DNA from: an uncultured Gemmatimonadales bacterium
GTDB lineage: Bacteria > Gemmatimonadota > Gemmatimonadetes > Gemmatimonadales > Gemmatimonadaceae
Assembly (NCBI GenBank): GCA_963793305.1
Contig: CAWBZV010000012.1
Span: 192,001 to 256,000, forward strand
DNA length: 64,000 nt
Reading direction: 5' to 3'
Part shown: positions 1 to 10,148 of the stretch, in pieces
How the letters are laid out: the number at the start of each line of letters is the position of its first letter
How positions within the stretch are numbered: position 1 is the stretch's first letter
Program-made: the position numbers and the translations under genes
Notes under the pieces: generated by a model
Seen by the model: only the letters and a program-made list of their open reading frames with translations
Database searches by the model: none
Told to the model about the DNA's origin: nothing

Positions 1-2
1 TG

Positions 3-143
3 TCCCACCACCTCAAGGAGTTGGAAACCGCTGGGGTGGTAGAGTCCCGGTTCGACGGCGTCTGCAAGTTCCTGGTGCCGCGCCCGGAGGTGATTCAGGG
101 ATATGAGCGCGAGCTGGTCCGGCGGCTGGGAACCAAGCGCTGA
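3..143 (+). CDS. ArsR/SmtB-family HTH regulator, 3' end only (truncated by window start)
   Basis: Manual translation SHTLKELETAGVVESRFDGVCKFLVPRPEVIQGYERELVRRLGTKR* resembles the ArsR recognition helix and wing; not in ORF track. Confidence 0.7.
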   Translation, partial: SHHLKELETAGVVESRFDGVCKFLVPRPEVIQGYERELVRRLGTKR

Positions 144-164
144 CGGCCCGGCTTCTTGGTTCGT

Positions 165-191
165 TATTTCGATAATCATAGAAGCATCGAA
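165..191. promoter_or_regulatory. Putative ArsR operator upstream of SDR gene
   Basis: AT-rich TATTTCGATAATCATAGAAGCATCGAA, containing TTCGAT(168-173)-N12-ATCGAA(186-191). Confidence 0.4.
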
Positions 192-212
192 CCCAGCAGG
201 GGGCGGGTACTC

Positions 213-962
213 ATGGGCAAGTTGTCAGGCAAAGTCGCCGTCGTAACCGGCGGCAATAGCGGGATCGGCTTGGAGACCGCGAGACGATTCGTCGCCGAGG
301 GCGCGGATGTCTATATCACCGGACGGCGTCAGGATGCGCTGGACGAAGCCGTGAAGTCGATCGGCAAGTGCGTCACCGGCATCCAGGGCGACGTGTCGAA
401 TCTCAAAGACCTCGATCGCCTCTACGCGACAGTAAAACAGCGATCCGGGCGCATTGATGTGCTGTTCGCCAACGCCGGCTTAGGGCAATTCGCCTCGTTC
501 GGCGACGTCAGCGAGGAGAGCTTCGATCTCCAGTTCGACGTCAACGTGAAGGGCCTGTTCTTCACGGTCCAGAAAGCGCTGCCGCTGCTCGTCGATGGCG
601 GGACGATCATCCTCAACGCGTCGATCGCCGGCGTGAAAGGCCTGGGCCCGGCGAGCGCGTACAACGCCACCAAGGCCGCGGTGCGGTCATTTGCCCGCAC
701 GTGGACGAATGAGCTCAAGGACCGCCATATCCGGATCAACACCCTGAGCCCGGGCCCGATCGAGACCCCCATTTTTGGCAAGGTCGGGTTGACCGACGCG
801 CAGATATCCGAGTTCGCGGGCAACATCGTCGGCCTGGTCCCGCTGGGTCGTATCGGCACCGCCGACGAGATCGCGAAAGCCGCGGTGTTCCTGGCGTCGG
901 ACGACTCGAGTTTCGTTACGGGCATCGACCTGCAGGTCGATGGTGGGCTCGCCCAGGTGTAA
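213..962 (+). CDS. Short-chain dehydrogenase/reductase (SDR)
   Basis: TGGNSGIG Rossmann motif, ANAG, YNATK catalytic motif, VDGG C-terminus; start at MGKLSGK. Confidence 0.95.
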   Translation: MGKLSGKVAVVTGGNSGIGLETARRFVAEGADVYITGRRQDALDEAVKSIGKCVTGIQGDVSNLKDLDRLYATVKQRSGRIDVLFANAGLGQFASFGDVSEESFDLQFDVNVKGLFFTVQKALPLLVDGGTIILNASIAGVKGLGPASAYNATKAAVRSFARTWTNELKDRHIRINTLSPGPIETPIFGKVGLTDAQISEFAGNIVGLVPLGRIGTADEIAKAAVFLASDDSSFVTGIDLQVDGGLAQV

Positions 963-975
963 CGCCCAGGTGTAA
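950..975 (+). repeat. 13-bp perfect tandem duplication at the SDR stop codon
   Basis: CGCCCAGGTGTAA at 950-962 and 963-975. Confidence 0.85.
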
Positions 976-993
976 GTAGTAACGTTAGGGGGT

Positions 994-2626
994 ATGCCCG
1001 ACCCCCTAGCGATGACTCCCGACGTGGTCGAGCTCGCCGAGGCGTTGAAGGATCAGTACGCCTTCGAGGGCGAGATCGGCCGCGGTGGGATGGGCGTCGT
1101 GTACCGCGCGCGAGATCTGAAGCTCGATCGCCCGGTCGCGATCAAAGTCCTGCCGCCGTACTTCGAGCGCGACCCCGCCATTCGCGAGCGGTTCCTGCGC
1201 GAGGCTCGCACCGCGGGATCGCTCTCGCACGCCAACATCGTACCGGTCTACCGCGCCGATGAATTGGGCGGCCATGTGTTCTTCGCCATGGCTTATGTCG
1301 ACGGTGAGTCGCTCGGTACTCGACTCGTCGACGGCCGCACGATCCCGCACCCGGCGCTCGTGCCACTGCTGGTCGATGTCGCTCGCGCGCTCGACTACGC
1401 GCATGCGCGCAAGGTGATCCACCGGGACGTCAAGCCCGAGAACATCTCTGATCGAGGGCACAACGGGGAGAGCCCTGCTCACGGATTTCGGGATCGCTCG
1501 CGTCGCCGCCGCGGGAGCGATGACCGCCACCGGCCAGGTCCTCGGCACGGTCTGGTACATGAGCCCCGAGCAGGTCATGGGCGAGCCGCTCGACGGACGA
1601 TCCGACCTGTACGCGCTCGGCGTCGTCGCGTTCCGCGCGCTGAGCGGGCGATTCCCGTTCGACTGCGAGGTCCCCGCGGCCATCCTCGTGGCGCACGCCA
1701 CGCGACCCGCTCCGCCCCTGAGCTCCGTCGCGCCACGCGCACCGGCGGCGCTCGCCGCCATCGTCGACAAATTGCTGTCCAAGACGCCGGCCGCGCGCTA
1801 TCGCACGGGCGCCGAGTTGGCCGACGCGCTCGAAGCGACCTCGCGCGAGCCGGTCGAGGATGCCGCGCCGTTGCCAGCGACACTGTCCGAGACCAATGCG
1901 CAGGCGCTGTGGCGACGCGCCGCGGAGCTGCAGTCCCAGACGGGGCGCGAGAGCCGGCCGCCGATCGCGACCAGCAGCCGGCCGCTCCCGACGGGCTACG
2001 CGATGCGCGATGTCTTGAGCGCGGCGGCCGAAGCGGGCATTGGCGATGAATACATGGCGCGGGCGGCCGCGGAGCTGGGGTTCGTCTCGGGACCTATCGC
2101 ATCCCCCGACATGGCGCTCACGTCGTCATATGAGAATCGCTCGCGCTTCTCGTGGTGCGGAAGACCGCGAGAGATCGCGATCGAAGCCGTCGTGCCGCGC
2201 GAGGTGCCCGACGCCGAGGTCGACGCGGTGCCGGAGTACATTCGTCACGTGCTCCGCGTGAAGGGGAGCGCGACGCGGTTCGGGCGTGCACTGACCTGGA
2301 CCTCGCGAAGCGTCAATCGCCGGATCGACGTCACGATCACCACGCGCGGCGGCAAGACGATCATTCGCGCCGACGAGCATCTGGGCAACTTCGCGAGCAG
2401 CCTGTACGGCGGTATCGTCGGTGGCGTGGGCGGCGGCGGCATCGGCGCCGCCATCGCCATCGGGATCGGGGCCATGAGCTCGCCGCAGGCCACCCTTGGC
2501 CTCGCGCTGGCTTTCGTCGTCGGCTCGTACGGGCTCGCGCGGACGATTTTTACGACGGCAGCCGAGTCGCGCGAGCGGGAGCTGAAACGCCTCGTCGAGC
2601 GCATCGCCGAGCAGCTGGGCGGCTAA
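994..2626 (+). CDS. Ser/Thr protein kinase with C-terminal membrane domain (frameshift near 1447)
   Basis: [13 protein letters not shown] and HRDVKPEN in ORF 994; removing one base restores [19 protein letters not shown] and DLYALG in ORF 1520; two C-terminal hydrophobic helices. Confidence 0.9.
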
Positions 2627-2715
2627 GCGGCGCCGCACGTTAGACAGGTGACCGTAGCGTATACGGATCGTCTTTCCCGGGACAACAGTAGTCACTTGAG
2701 GAGAGATCCGGTCCG

Positions 2716-3120
2716 ATGCGCTTTTCATGGTGCGCTGCACTTCTTTCATCGTTTGCGACGGCGCTGACGGCGTCGGCGCAGGCCGCTCAGCTCGCGTCGG
2801 GTCCCGGCGCCAACGGCCAAGCCTATTTCGAATTCCAAGTGGAGAAGCCCGTGTCCGCGCGACCCGGGAATCCCCGCGCTCAATATCCGGACGATTTGCG
2901 CGCCCGCGCGCGCGGCGGTGAAGTCACCTGCCAGTTCGTGGTCGATACGACCGGCAAGGTGGACATGGGGACCTTCGAGGTAGTCAAAGCGTCCGAGGCA
3001 TCCTACGCGGCGGCGGTCAAGCGTGTGTTGCCTCAGATGCGGTATTTCCCCGCCGAAGAAGGCGGGCACAAGGTCAGGCAACTCGTCGAGCAGGACTTTC
3101 GCTTCGCCCCAGCAGAATAA
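2716..3120 (+). CDS. TonB C-terminal domain protein
   Basis: Signal-like N-terminus; YFEFQVEKP, YP..GEV..QFVVDTTGKV, PA..GHKVRQLVEQ.F.F pattern; GAGGAG RBS. Confidence 0.8.
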   Translation: MRFSWCAALLSSFATALTASAQAAQLASGPGANGQAYFEFQVEKPVSARPGNPRAQYPDDLRARARGGEVTCQFVVDTTGKVDMGTFEVVKASEASYAAAVKRVLPQMRYFPAEEGGHKVRQLVEQDFRFAPAE

Positions 3121-3132
3121 AAGAAGGGTAGC

Positions 3133-4999
3133 GTGAACGCGATCGTCGGTCGGTTCGCGAAGCTGAGCTTCGCGCAGAAAATCATCGTGCTTCCGGTCCT
3201 CGCCGCCGTGGCCCTCCTGGTCGTGGGCTGGTTCACGTATCGCCTCAACAGCACGAACCGCGAGCGTCTGGCCTCGATCCGAGACGGGTACTACCCGTCG
3301 GTGCAAGGCAGCCGCGGCCTCCAAGATCTCATCGTGGCGCTGCAACGCAGCAACGACGATGCGGTCACCGAGGGCAACGGGCTGCGGCTGCGGCAGTCGG
3401 ACCAGATGGCGCAGAGCTTCCAGCAAAAGTTGGCCGAGTTGCTGAAGAACCCGGTCGCCGACCACTCGGCGCTGGTGGCGATCGGCCAGGATTTCACGAA
3501 CTACACGCGCCGGGCGAGCGAGATCTCCAAGCGGCGGATCGCCGGGGATCACGGCCCTGTCGTTCTCGCGGGGCAGGATTCGGTATACGAGCAGTATACA
3601 GCCATTCGTCGGGCGCTGGGTGAGCTCACGCAGCGGGACGACAAGGCGATCACGGCCGCCTTCCTGGAGACCGAGCACCTCCAGAAGATCATGTTCACGC
3701 GCATCGCGATCGTCGGCTTCGTAGCCATCGTCGTGCTGGTGGGCGTGGCCGTGTTCTCGGTCCGCTCATTGACCCTGCCGATGAAAGAGGCCGTTCGCAC
3801 GGCCGAGGCGATCGCGCGGGGCGATATGACGGTGTCGATCAGCGTCACGCGCGACGACGAGATCGGGCAGCTGCTCAAGTCCATGCAAGCAATGGTCGCG
3901 TACCTGCACGAGATGGCGGCGGTGGCCGACCAGATCGGGCGCGGTGACCTGTCGCGGCAGGTGATCCCACGGTCCGAGGCCGATCGCTTTGGGCATGCGT
4001 TCGCCAACATGGGGGCGTATCTGCGCGACGCGGCGAAGGTGGCCGAGCGCGTCGCGGGCGGCGATCTCGCCATCCACGTCGAGCCGCGGTCGGCGGACGA
4101 TCAGCTCGGCCGGGCGTTCGCGCGCATGTCGGGGTATCTCCGCGAAATGGCGAACGTTGGGCGGGAGATTGCGGACGGGAACGTGGGCGTGCGCGTCATG
4201 CCGCGGTCGGACGCCGACAGCTTTGCGCACGCCTTTGTGGGCATGACCGAGACGCTCGCTCGCACGGCGCAATCGCTCCGTGGCTCGGCGGGAGCCATCG
4301 CCGCCGCGGCGACCCAGGTCGCCGCATCGGCCCAGACGCTCTCGGGCGGCACGCGCGACGAGACGGCGGCGGTGCAGAGTACGTTGGCTCACGTCGAGCG
4401 GATGAGCGAGATGGCCACGCGCACGGCTCGGCATGGCGCCGACCTCAAGACCATGGCGGAGCGCGATACGCGCAACATGGACGAGGGCTCCGGCGCCGTT
4501 CGTGAGACGATCGCCATGATGCGCAACATCCTCGCGCGCATCGCGGTCATCGACGAGATCGCGACCGAGACGAACGTCCTCGCGCTCAACGCCTCCATCG
4601 AGGCCGCGCGCGCGGGCGACCACGGCCGCGGCTTCGCCGTCGTCGCCACCGAGGTGCGCGCCCTGTCCGAGCGCAGCCGCCGCGCGGCCGTCGATATCCG
4701 CGAGATGGCGTCGAGCAGCGAGAAGATCACGGCCCGCTCGGGCGCGATCCTCACCGAATTGTCGCAGTCGATGGCGCAGACCATGACCATCGTCCACGAC
4801 GTCTCCGCCGCCTCGGCCGACCAATCGGCCGGGATCTCCGAGATCAGCGCCGCCATGCAGCAGGTCAACAGCGTCGCGACGCAAAACTCGAGCGCCGCCG
4901 AGGACCTTGCCGCGACGGCGCAGGAGAATGTCAGCGCAGGCCGAGGCTATGCAGGCCCTCGTCCAGTTCTTCCGCGACTCGGCTCGCGCCGCCGCCTAG
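3133..4999 (+). CDS. Methyl-accepting chemotaxis protein with tandem HAMP domains (frameshift near 4927)
   Basis: Two TM helices, repeated HAMP-like units, [30 protein letters not shown] signature; corrected C-terminus [17 protein letters not shown] ends at TAG 4997-4999. Confidence 0.92.
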
Positions 5000-5009
5000 C
5001 CGCGCGCAT

Positions 5010-5082
5010 TACACAGGGCGCTTCGCGCCACCGCATACCGGCTCAACTTGCCGAGGTGCACGGTGCGCGAAGCGCCTGTGTA
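5010..5082. terminator. Long imperfect hairpin between convergent genes
   Basis: TACACAGGGCGCTTCGCGCCACCG ... CGGTGCGCGAAGCGCCTGTGTA; no U-tract. Confidence 0.55.
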
Positions 5083-5085
5083 CAT

Positions 5086-6533
5086 CTACTTCATGATCGA
5101 GATGACGACGCTGTTGGCCGGCGCCAGGATCGTCGAGTACTGCTTGTACACGTTCGAGCTCTGCAGCCACGCCATGTTGTGCGTCGCATCGCTGTAATAC
5201 GTGGTCTGCGTGGTACCAGGGAGATAACTGACCTGGATCTGCTTGGCGCTGCTCGTCGTATTCACGATCTCGACGACCGCCTGCGTCCCGTCGGGACTCG
5301 AGAACCCGAGGAGATTGACGCGCGCCGTGCACGGATTCTGGGTGCCCAGCCCGACCTGCAGATCGGGATCCGTGGTCGTCAGCCGGTTCACGTGCCATCC
5401 CGGCCGGACGGTCTGAAAGAGCTTCTGCAGCGTGTAATAGCGCGTCGAGTAGATGGGCGTCGTCGTCCCGCCGAGCAACTGCCCAAACGGCGGCGCGCCG
5501 CTGGTGGCGCTCCAGGCCATCCACCAGAACCAGTAGTTATGCGGTATGATGAGCAATGCGCACCCATGGCGCTCATCATGTCGAGCGTCCACTGCAACTC
5601 CGTGGTCCCGAGGGGATTCCCGTACTCGGTCATCCACATGTCCTTCGGATGCGCCGCGATCGCCTGCTGCGTCTGCCAAATGCTGCACTCGGCGTACGTG
5701 TGGAACGAGTACGCGCCGACCGCGTGGTCGAGGTACCCGGTCAGGGCCGGGTAGCCGAGCCCCCCGAAGTATCCGGGTGAATCCGTCGTGTAGTCGAAGT
5801 AGGTGGCCGGCGTATACTGTCCCGTCTCGGGCCCCATGAGGACGACGCTCGAGAGCCCCGCGTAGTCGAACGATCCACGCATGTCCATAATGAGCTTTTG
5901 CCACTGGGCGACCGTGTACTCGCACCCGCTGTACGGCGCGAGGTGCTGCGGTTCGTTCTGGACACTGAACGCGACCGGCAAGCCGACGCTGCTGGCCTTG
6001 AGCGCGAGCATCACCTTGGTGACGAACGCGACCAAGTACCCCTCGGCCCACGGTTGCAAGTATCCGGTCACGCCGTTGGACGACCCGAGGATCGAGCCGT
6101 TCGTCTTCCACAAGGCGGGCGGGCTCCAGACGGCGAGCACGTACGACTGGACACCGTGCGCTTTCGCGTAGGCGATCTTCGCGATGTACTGGTTGAGCAG
6201 TGTGGTGTTGAGCACCATGTTCGAGAGCGTGGACCCGCTCACGTACAACGCGGGGTCGATGGCCTCCCGAATGTGCGTGACCCCGAGTTGGTAGACGGCG
6301 GCCTGGACGCTCGGGGCGTTCCAGAACGGGTTGGCTCCGCTGCTGGGAAAGACTCCCCAGCCCTTGATCTCCTGCATGGCGGGCCAGATGAACGTCGCGG
6401 TCGCGGTGTGCGACACGTCGAATCGGGCGATCGTGCTGTTCTTTGGAGTGACCGGGTCGGTCTCGCTCGACGTACAAGCGACGGCGAACACCGCGGCCAG
6501 TGCCGCGGTGGCGTACTGCATCCTACGATACAC
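5086..6533 (-). CDS. GH30-like glycoside hydrolase lipoprotein (frameshift near 5556)
   Basis: Lipobox [21 protein letters not shown] (acid/base Glu), WMTEY (nucleophile Glu); C-terminal YWFWW..TVRPGW beta domain lies in ORF 5086..6477. Confidence 0.8.
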
Positions 6534-6555
6534 GGGAAGCCTCCCAACTAGACCG

Positions 6556-6657
6556 TTCGGCGGCCCGACCAGCGTGGCGCCACCGGGCTAGCAGCCCGCC
6601 TGGCGCGGTAGCTTCGAGGCTTTGCGTCGCCGGCTTTCGCCGGGTATGCCGTTGTCG
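6556..6657 (-). ncRNA. Cyclic di-GMP class I (GEMM) riboswitch
   Basis: Minus strand CGACAACGGCAUAC-CCGGC-GAAA-GCCGG-CGACGCAAAGCC...GGUCGGGCCGCCGAA matches the c-di-GMP-I pattern (GNRA-capped P2, GACGCAAAGC junction, P3); ends 23 nt before the GH30 start. Confidence 0.88.
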
Positions 6658-6931
6658 CTGGCTCTCCCTACTAGGAGGCCACGCATGCTAAGAACTCGGC
6701 CATACTGCCGAGTCTGGCCCGGAAAACTAGTGGCGCCGTCATCGACAACAAGCGAGTGCGTCAAAGTGACCGGCAACAATTTTGTCATGTCAATGTTATC
6801 GACAACAACTGTGGACAACCTCGACAGTGGCGAAGCGACCGGCACACTGTTCCCGCTCTTGCGGAAGATCGTCTGTGCATTGAGTGAACAGCCAAGCACA
6901 TCTCGCGGTCAACACTCGCGCGCCGCGGGAG

Positions 6932-9340
6932 ATGATCTCCCCCCCGCCGGTAGCGCCCCGCCGCGGCCCACCTTGGGCCGCCATTGGCGTTGCCGCCGCC
7001 TACCTGCTCGGCTGGATCCTGATCGCCTTCGCCCTCGAAGGCATCAAGTATCGCGATACCGCCCTCGCGATGTATTTCCTGCCCAAGAATTTCATCGCGA
7101 CCACCCTCGCGTTCTACGCCTCCCGTCGCCCAACACTCGACCCGCGCACGCGCCGGGCGTGGCTGCTCCTCGCGCTGGCCGGCGCGTTCATGGCCGCGTC
7201 CGACGGCCTGTGGTTTTTCTATGAGGTCGTCCGCGGGACCGAGAACACGCCAGTCTGGATAGACGGCGTCGCGCTCTCCGCGTTCCCGCTATGGGTCGCC
7301 GGCCTCCTGCACTTCCCGTCGGCCCCGCGCGCGGCAACCGAGCGCGCGAAGTACTGGCTCGACATCGCCACGGTGCTCGTTGGCGGCACCATGATCTCGT
7401 GGTACTTCGCCCTGCACCCGATCGCGGTCGCCTACCACAGCACGCTGGGCGATTTGATCCTGGCCGCGGCATTCCCGATCGGCGACCTCGTGGTCCTCGT
7501 GACGGTCGCCGCGATTCTCGCGCGAGCCCCCGCACAGGTCTCGCGCGTGCCCCTGCGCTTGCTGGCCGTGGCGCTGATCGGCGCGTTCGTGGCCGATCTC
7601 ATCTTCGGCAACATGCGCTTGGCCGGCACGTATCACACGGGCGATGCGATCGACTGGATCTGGCTCTTGAACGGCGCCCTGTTCGCGCTGGCTGGCTGGT
7701 GGCAGGCCTACGGCGCGACCGGGCCGAATACCGGTGCGACGAGCTTTGCGCCTGCGCCACGGCTGTCCTTGATGCCGTATGCCGCGGTGGCCGCCGGCTT
7801 CGGACTCCTCGTCTTCGTCGTCTTCGTCGCGCTCCCCTTCGAGCCCATCGAGCTGCGCGTCGTGGTCCTCGGCGCGCTCACGCTCACGTTGCTCGTCGTC
7901 CTGCGACAGGTCCTGGCCGCTCGCGACAATCTCCGCCTGTTGGCCGAGCGCGCCGCCCAAGAGGAACGATTCCGCCACGAGGCATTGCACGACGCGCTGA
8001 CCGGGCTCGCCAACCGGTCGCTGCTGCACGATCGCGCCGAGCACGCACTGATCCGCGCCCGGCGCCAGCAGCAGTTGCCACTGGCGTTGATCTTCCTGGA
8101 TCTCGACAACTTCAAGACCGTCAATGACAGCTTGGGGCATGCGACCGGCGACGCGCTGCTCGTCGAAGCCGCGCGACGACTACTCGCCTGCGTCCGCGCC
8201 ACGGACACGGTGGCACGGCTCGGCGGCGACGAGTTCGCGATCCTGATCGAGGATCCCGTCGAGACCTACGGCTGCCGGCTCATCACCGAGCGCATTCTGG
8301 CGACCCTCGCCCACCCGTACGTGATCGAAGGCCGCCATATCTTCGCCGGCGCGAGCCTGGGCGTCGCCGCCGTCGGCGACGCCGACACCGCCGACGATCT
8401 CCTGCGCAACGCCAACGTCGCGATGTACATGGCGAAGTCGCACGGCAAAGGCCAGTGCGTCTTCTTCGAGCCAGAAATGCGCACCGTCGCCCTCGAGCGC
8501 ATGGAGATCGAGACCGACCTCCGTCGCGCGATCGAGACGGGACAGTTCGTCCTGCACTATCAGCCGATCGTGATCCTCGAAACCGGAGAGATCACGGGCG
8601 TCGAAGCGCTCGTGCGCTGGCAGCACCCGCGCCGCGGACTCCTCATGCCCGGCCAGTTCATCGCGCTGGCCGAAGAGAGCGGGCTCATCGTCCCGCTCGG
8701 CGCGTGGGTCCTGCGCGAGGCGTGCCGCCAAGCACGGATCTGGCACGATCGCTTCGCCAGCCGCGATCCCGGCACACCGCCGCTCGCGATGACGGTCAAC
8801 GTCTCGGCCCGCCAGTTGCATACGCCACAACTCGTGGTCAATGTCGGCATCGCCCTCGAGGAGTCGCGGATCGATCCGCATGCACTGATTTTGGAGCTCA
8901 CGGAGAGTGTCCTCACGGAACAAACTCCCGCGGTGCTCGCGACGCTGCAATCGCTCAAGGCGCTCGGCGTCCGTTTGGCGATCGATGATTTCGGAACCGG
9001 CTACTCATCGCTCTCGTACTTACAACGCTTCCCGATCGACATCTTGAAGATCGCCAAGCCATTCGTCGACGAAGTCGGCAAAGAAACCGGCCGACAGGGA
9101 CTCGCTCAGGCGATTATCAACTTGGGCTCGACGTTGGCGGTGAGAACGATCGCCGAGGGCATCGAGCAACCCGACCAGCGCTCGCAGCTCCGTGCGCTAG
9201 GGTGCGAATTGGGCCAGGGCTATCATTTTTCGCGGCCCGCCACGGCCGCCGAACTGGATTCCCGATATTTCGGCGTGCGGCGCCGCTCGACAGCGGTGCC
9301 ACTCCAACCAGCCGGATCGACTGTGGTCGCACCGCTCTAG
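6932..9340 (+). CDS. Multi-TM sensor diguanylate cyclase/phosphodiesterase (GGDEF-EAL)
   Basis: About 9-10 TM helices, HDALTGLANR, DLDNFKTVND, RATD I-site, RLGGDEF, EALVRW, DDFGTGYSSL, AEGIE, QGY. Confidence 0.95.
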   Translation: MISPPPVAPRRGPPWAAIGVAAAYLLGWILIAFALEGIKYRDTALAMYFLPKNFIATTLAFYASRRPTLDPRTRRAWLLLALAGAFMAASDGLWFFYEVVRGTENTPVWIDGVALSAFPLWVAGLLHFPSAPRAATERAKYWLDIATVLVGGTMISWYFALHPIAVAYHSTLGDLILAAAFPIGDLVVLVTVAAILARAPAQVSRVPLRLLAVALIGAFVADLIFGNMRLAGTYHTGDAIDWIWLLNGALFALAGWWQAYGATGPNTGATSFAPAPRLSLMPYAAVAAGFGLLVFVVFVALPFEPIELRVVVLGALTLTLLVVLRQVLAARDNLRLLAERAAQEERFRHEALHDALTGLANRSLLHDRAEHALIRARRQQQLPLALIFLDLDNFKTVNDSLGHATGDALLVEAARRLLACVRATDTVARLGGDEFAILIEDPVETYGCRLITERILATLAHPYVIEGRHIFAGASLGVAAVGDADTADDLLRNANVAMYMAKSHGKGQCVFFEPEMRTVALERMEIETDLRRAIETGQFVLHYQPIVILETGEITGVEALVRWQHPRRGLLMPGQFIALAEESGLIVPLGAWVLREACRQARIWHDRFASRDPGTPPLAMTVNVSARQLHTPQLVVNVGIALEESRIDPHALILELTESVLTEQTPAVLATLQSLKALGVRLAIDDFGTGYSSLSYLQRFPIDILKIAKPFVDEVGKETGRQGLAQAIINLGSTLAVRTIAEGIEQPDQRSQLRALGCELGQGYHFSRPATAAELDSRYFGVRRRSTAVPLQPAGSTVVAPL

Positions 9341-9367
9341 AGTGGCATTGCCGTTAAGATTCGGGGC

Positions 9368-10148
9368 ATGGATCTCGGACTCAGTGGCAAGGTCGCGCTG
9401 GTCACCGGCGCGTCATCTGGATTGGGAGCGGCGATTGCCCGCGAGTTGGCGGCGGAAGGTGCAGCCGTCGCCCTCGTCGCGCGTCGCGCGGCGGAGCTCG
9501 AGCGGGTGGCAGCGGAGATCGCGCGGCCGACACTCGTAATCCCCGGTGATGTCACCGAACCGGGCACCGCGGAGCGCTGCGTGCATCTGGTCGAGGACTC
9601 GCTCGGTCCCGTCGATATCCTCGTCGCGAACGCCGGCGGCCCGCCGTCCACAACGTTTGACACCACGACGGATGCCCACTATCACGCGGCGCTCGAGCTG
9701 AATTTGCTCGCCTCGATCCGCCTCGCGCACGCCTGCGTACCTGGTATGCGTCAGCGGCGGTGGGGCCGCGTGATCTTTCTGAACGTCAATGGCGGCCAAG
9801 CAGCCGGTTCCCGGTCTCCTTCTATCGAACACCGCCCGCGCGGGGCTCCTCGGCTTCGCGAAAACATTGTCCAACGAAGTCGCACGAGATGGTGTTCTCG
9901 TGAATACGGTGCTACCAGGCCACTTCGACACCGCGCGCGCCCTGGAGTTGGCTCGCATGCGGGCTGAGCGCACCGGCAAGCCGATTGATGATCTCATGCA
10001 AGCGCGCACAGCCGATATCCCACTGGGCCGCGCCGGTGATCCAAAAGAGATGGCCGCGGTCGTGGCGTTCCTCGCCTCGGAACGCGCGAGCTTCGTGACC
10101 GGCACCGCCATTCAGGTCGATGGCGGACAAATCGCCACGATTCTTTAG
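9368..10148 (+). CDS. SDR family oxidoreductase (frameshift near 9782)
   Basis: TGASSGLG and NAGGPP in ORF 9368; SNTARAGLLGFAKTLS and VDGG in ORF 9789. Confidence 0.9.

Noticed and set aside
3780..4250. Internal DNA repeats in the MCP gene
   Set aside because: Ordinary tandem HAMP domains
3133..5754. 873-aa MCP with long novel C-terminus
   Set aside because: Extra A near 4927; the tail is antisense read-through over the hairpin and the GH30 gene
6588..6899. Small ORFs in the GH30/GGDEF intergenic region
   Set aside because: They overlap the riboswitch and promoter repeats and show no protein-like features
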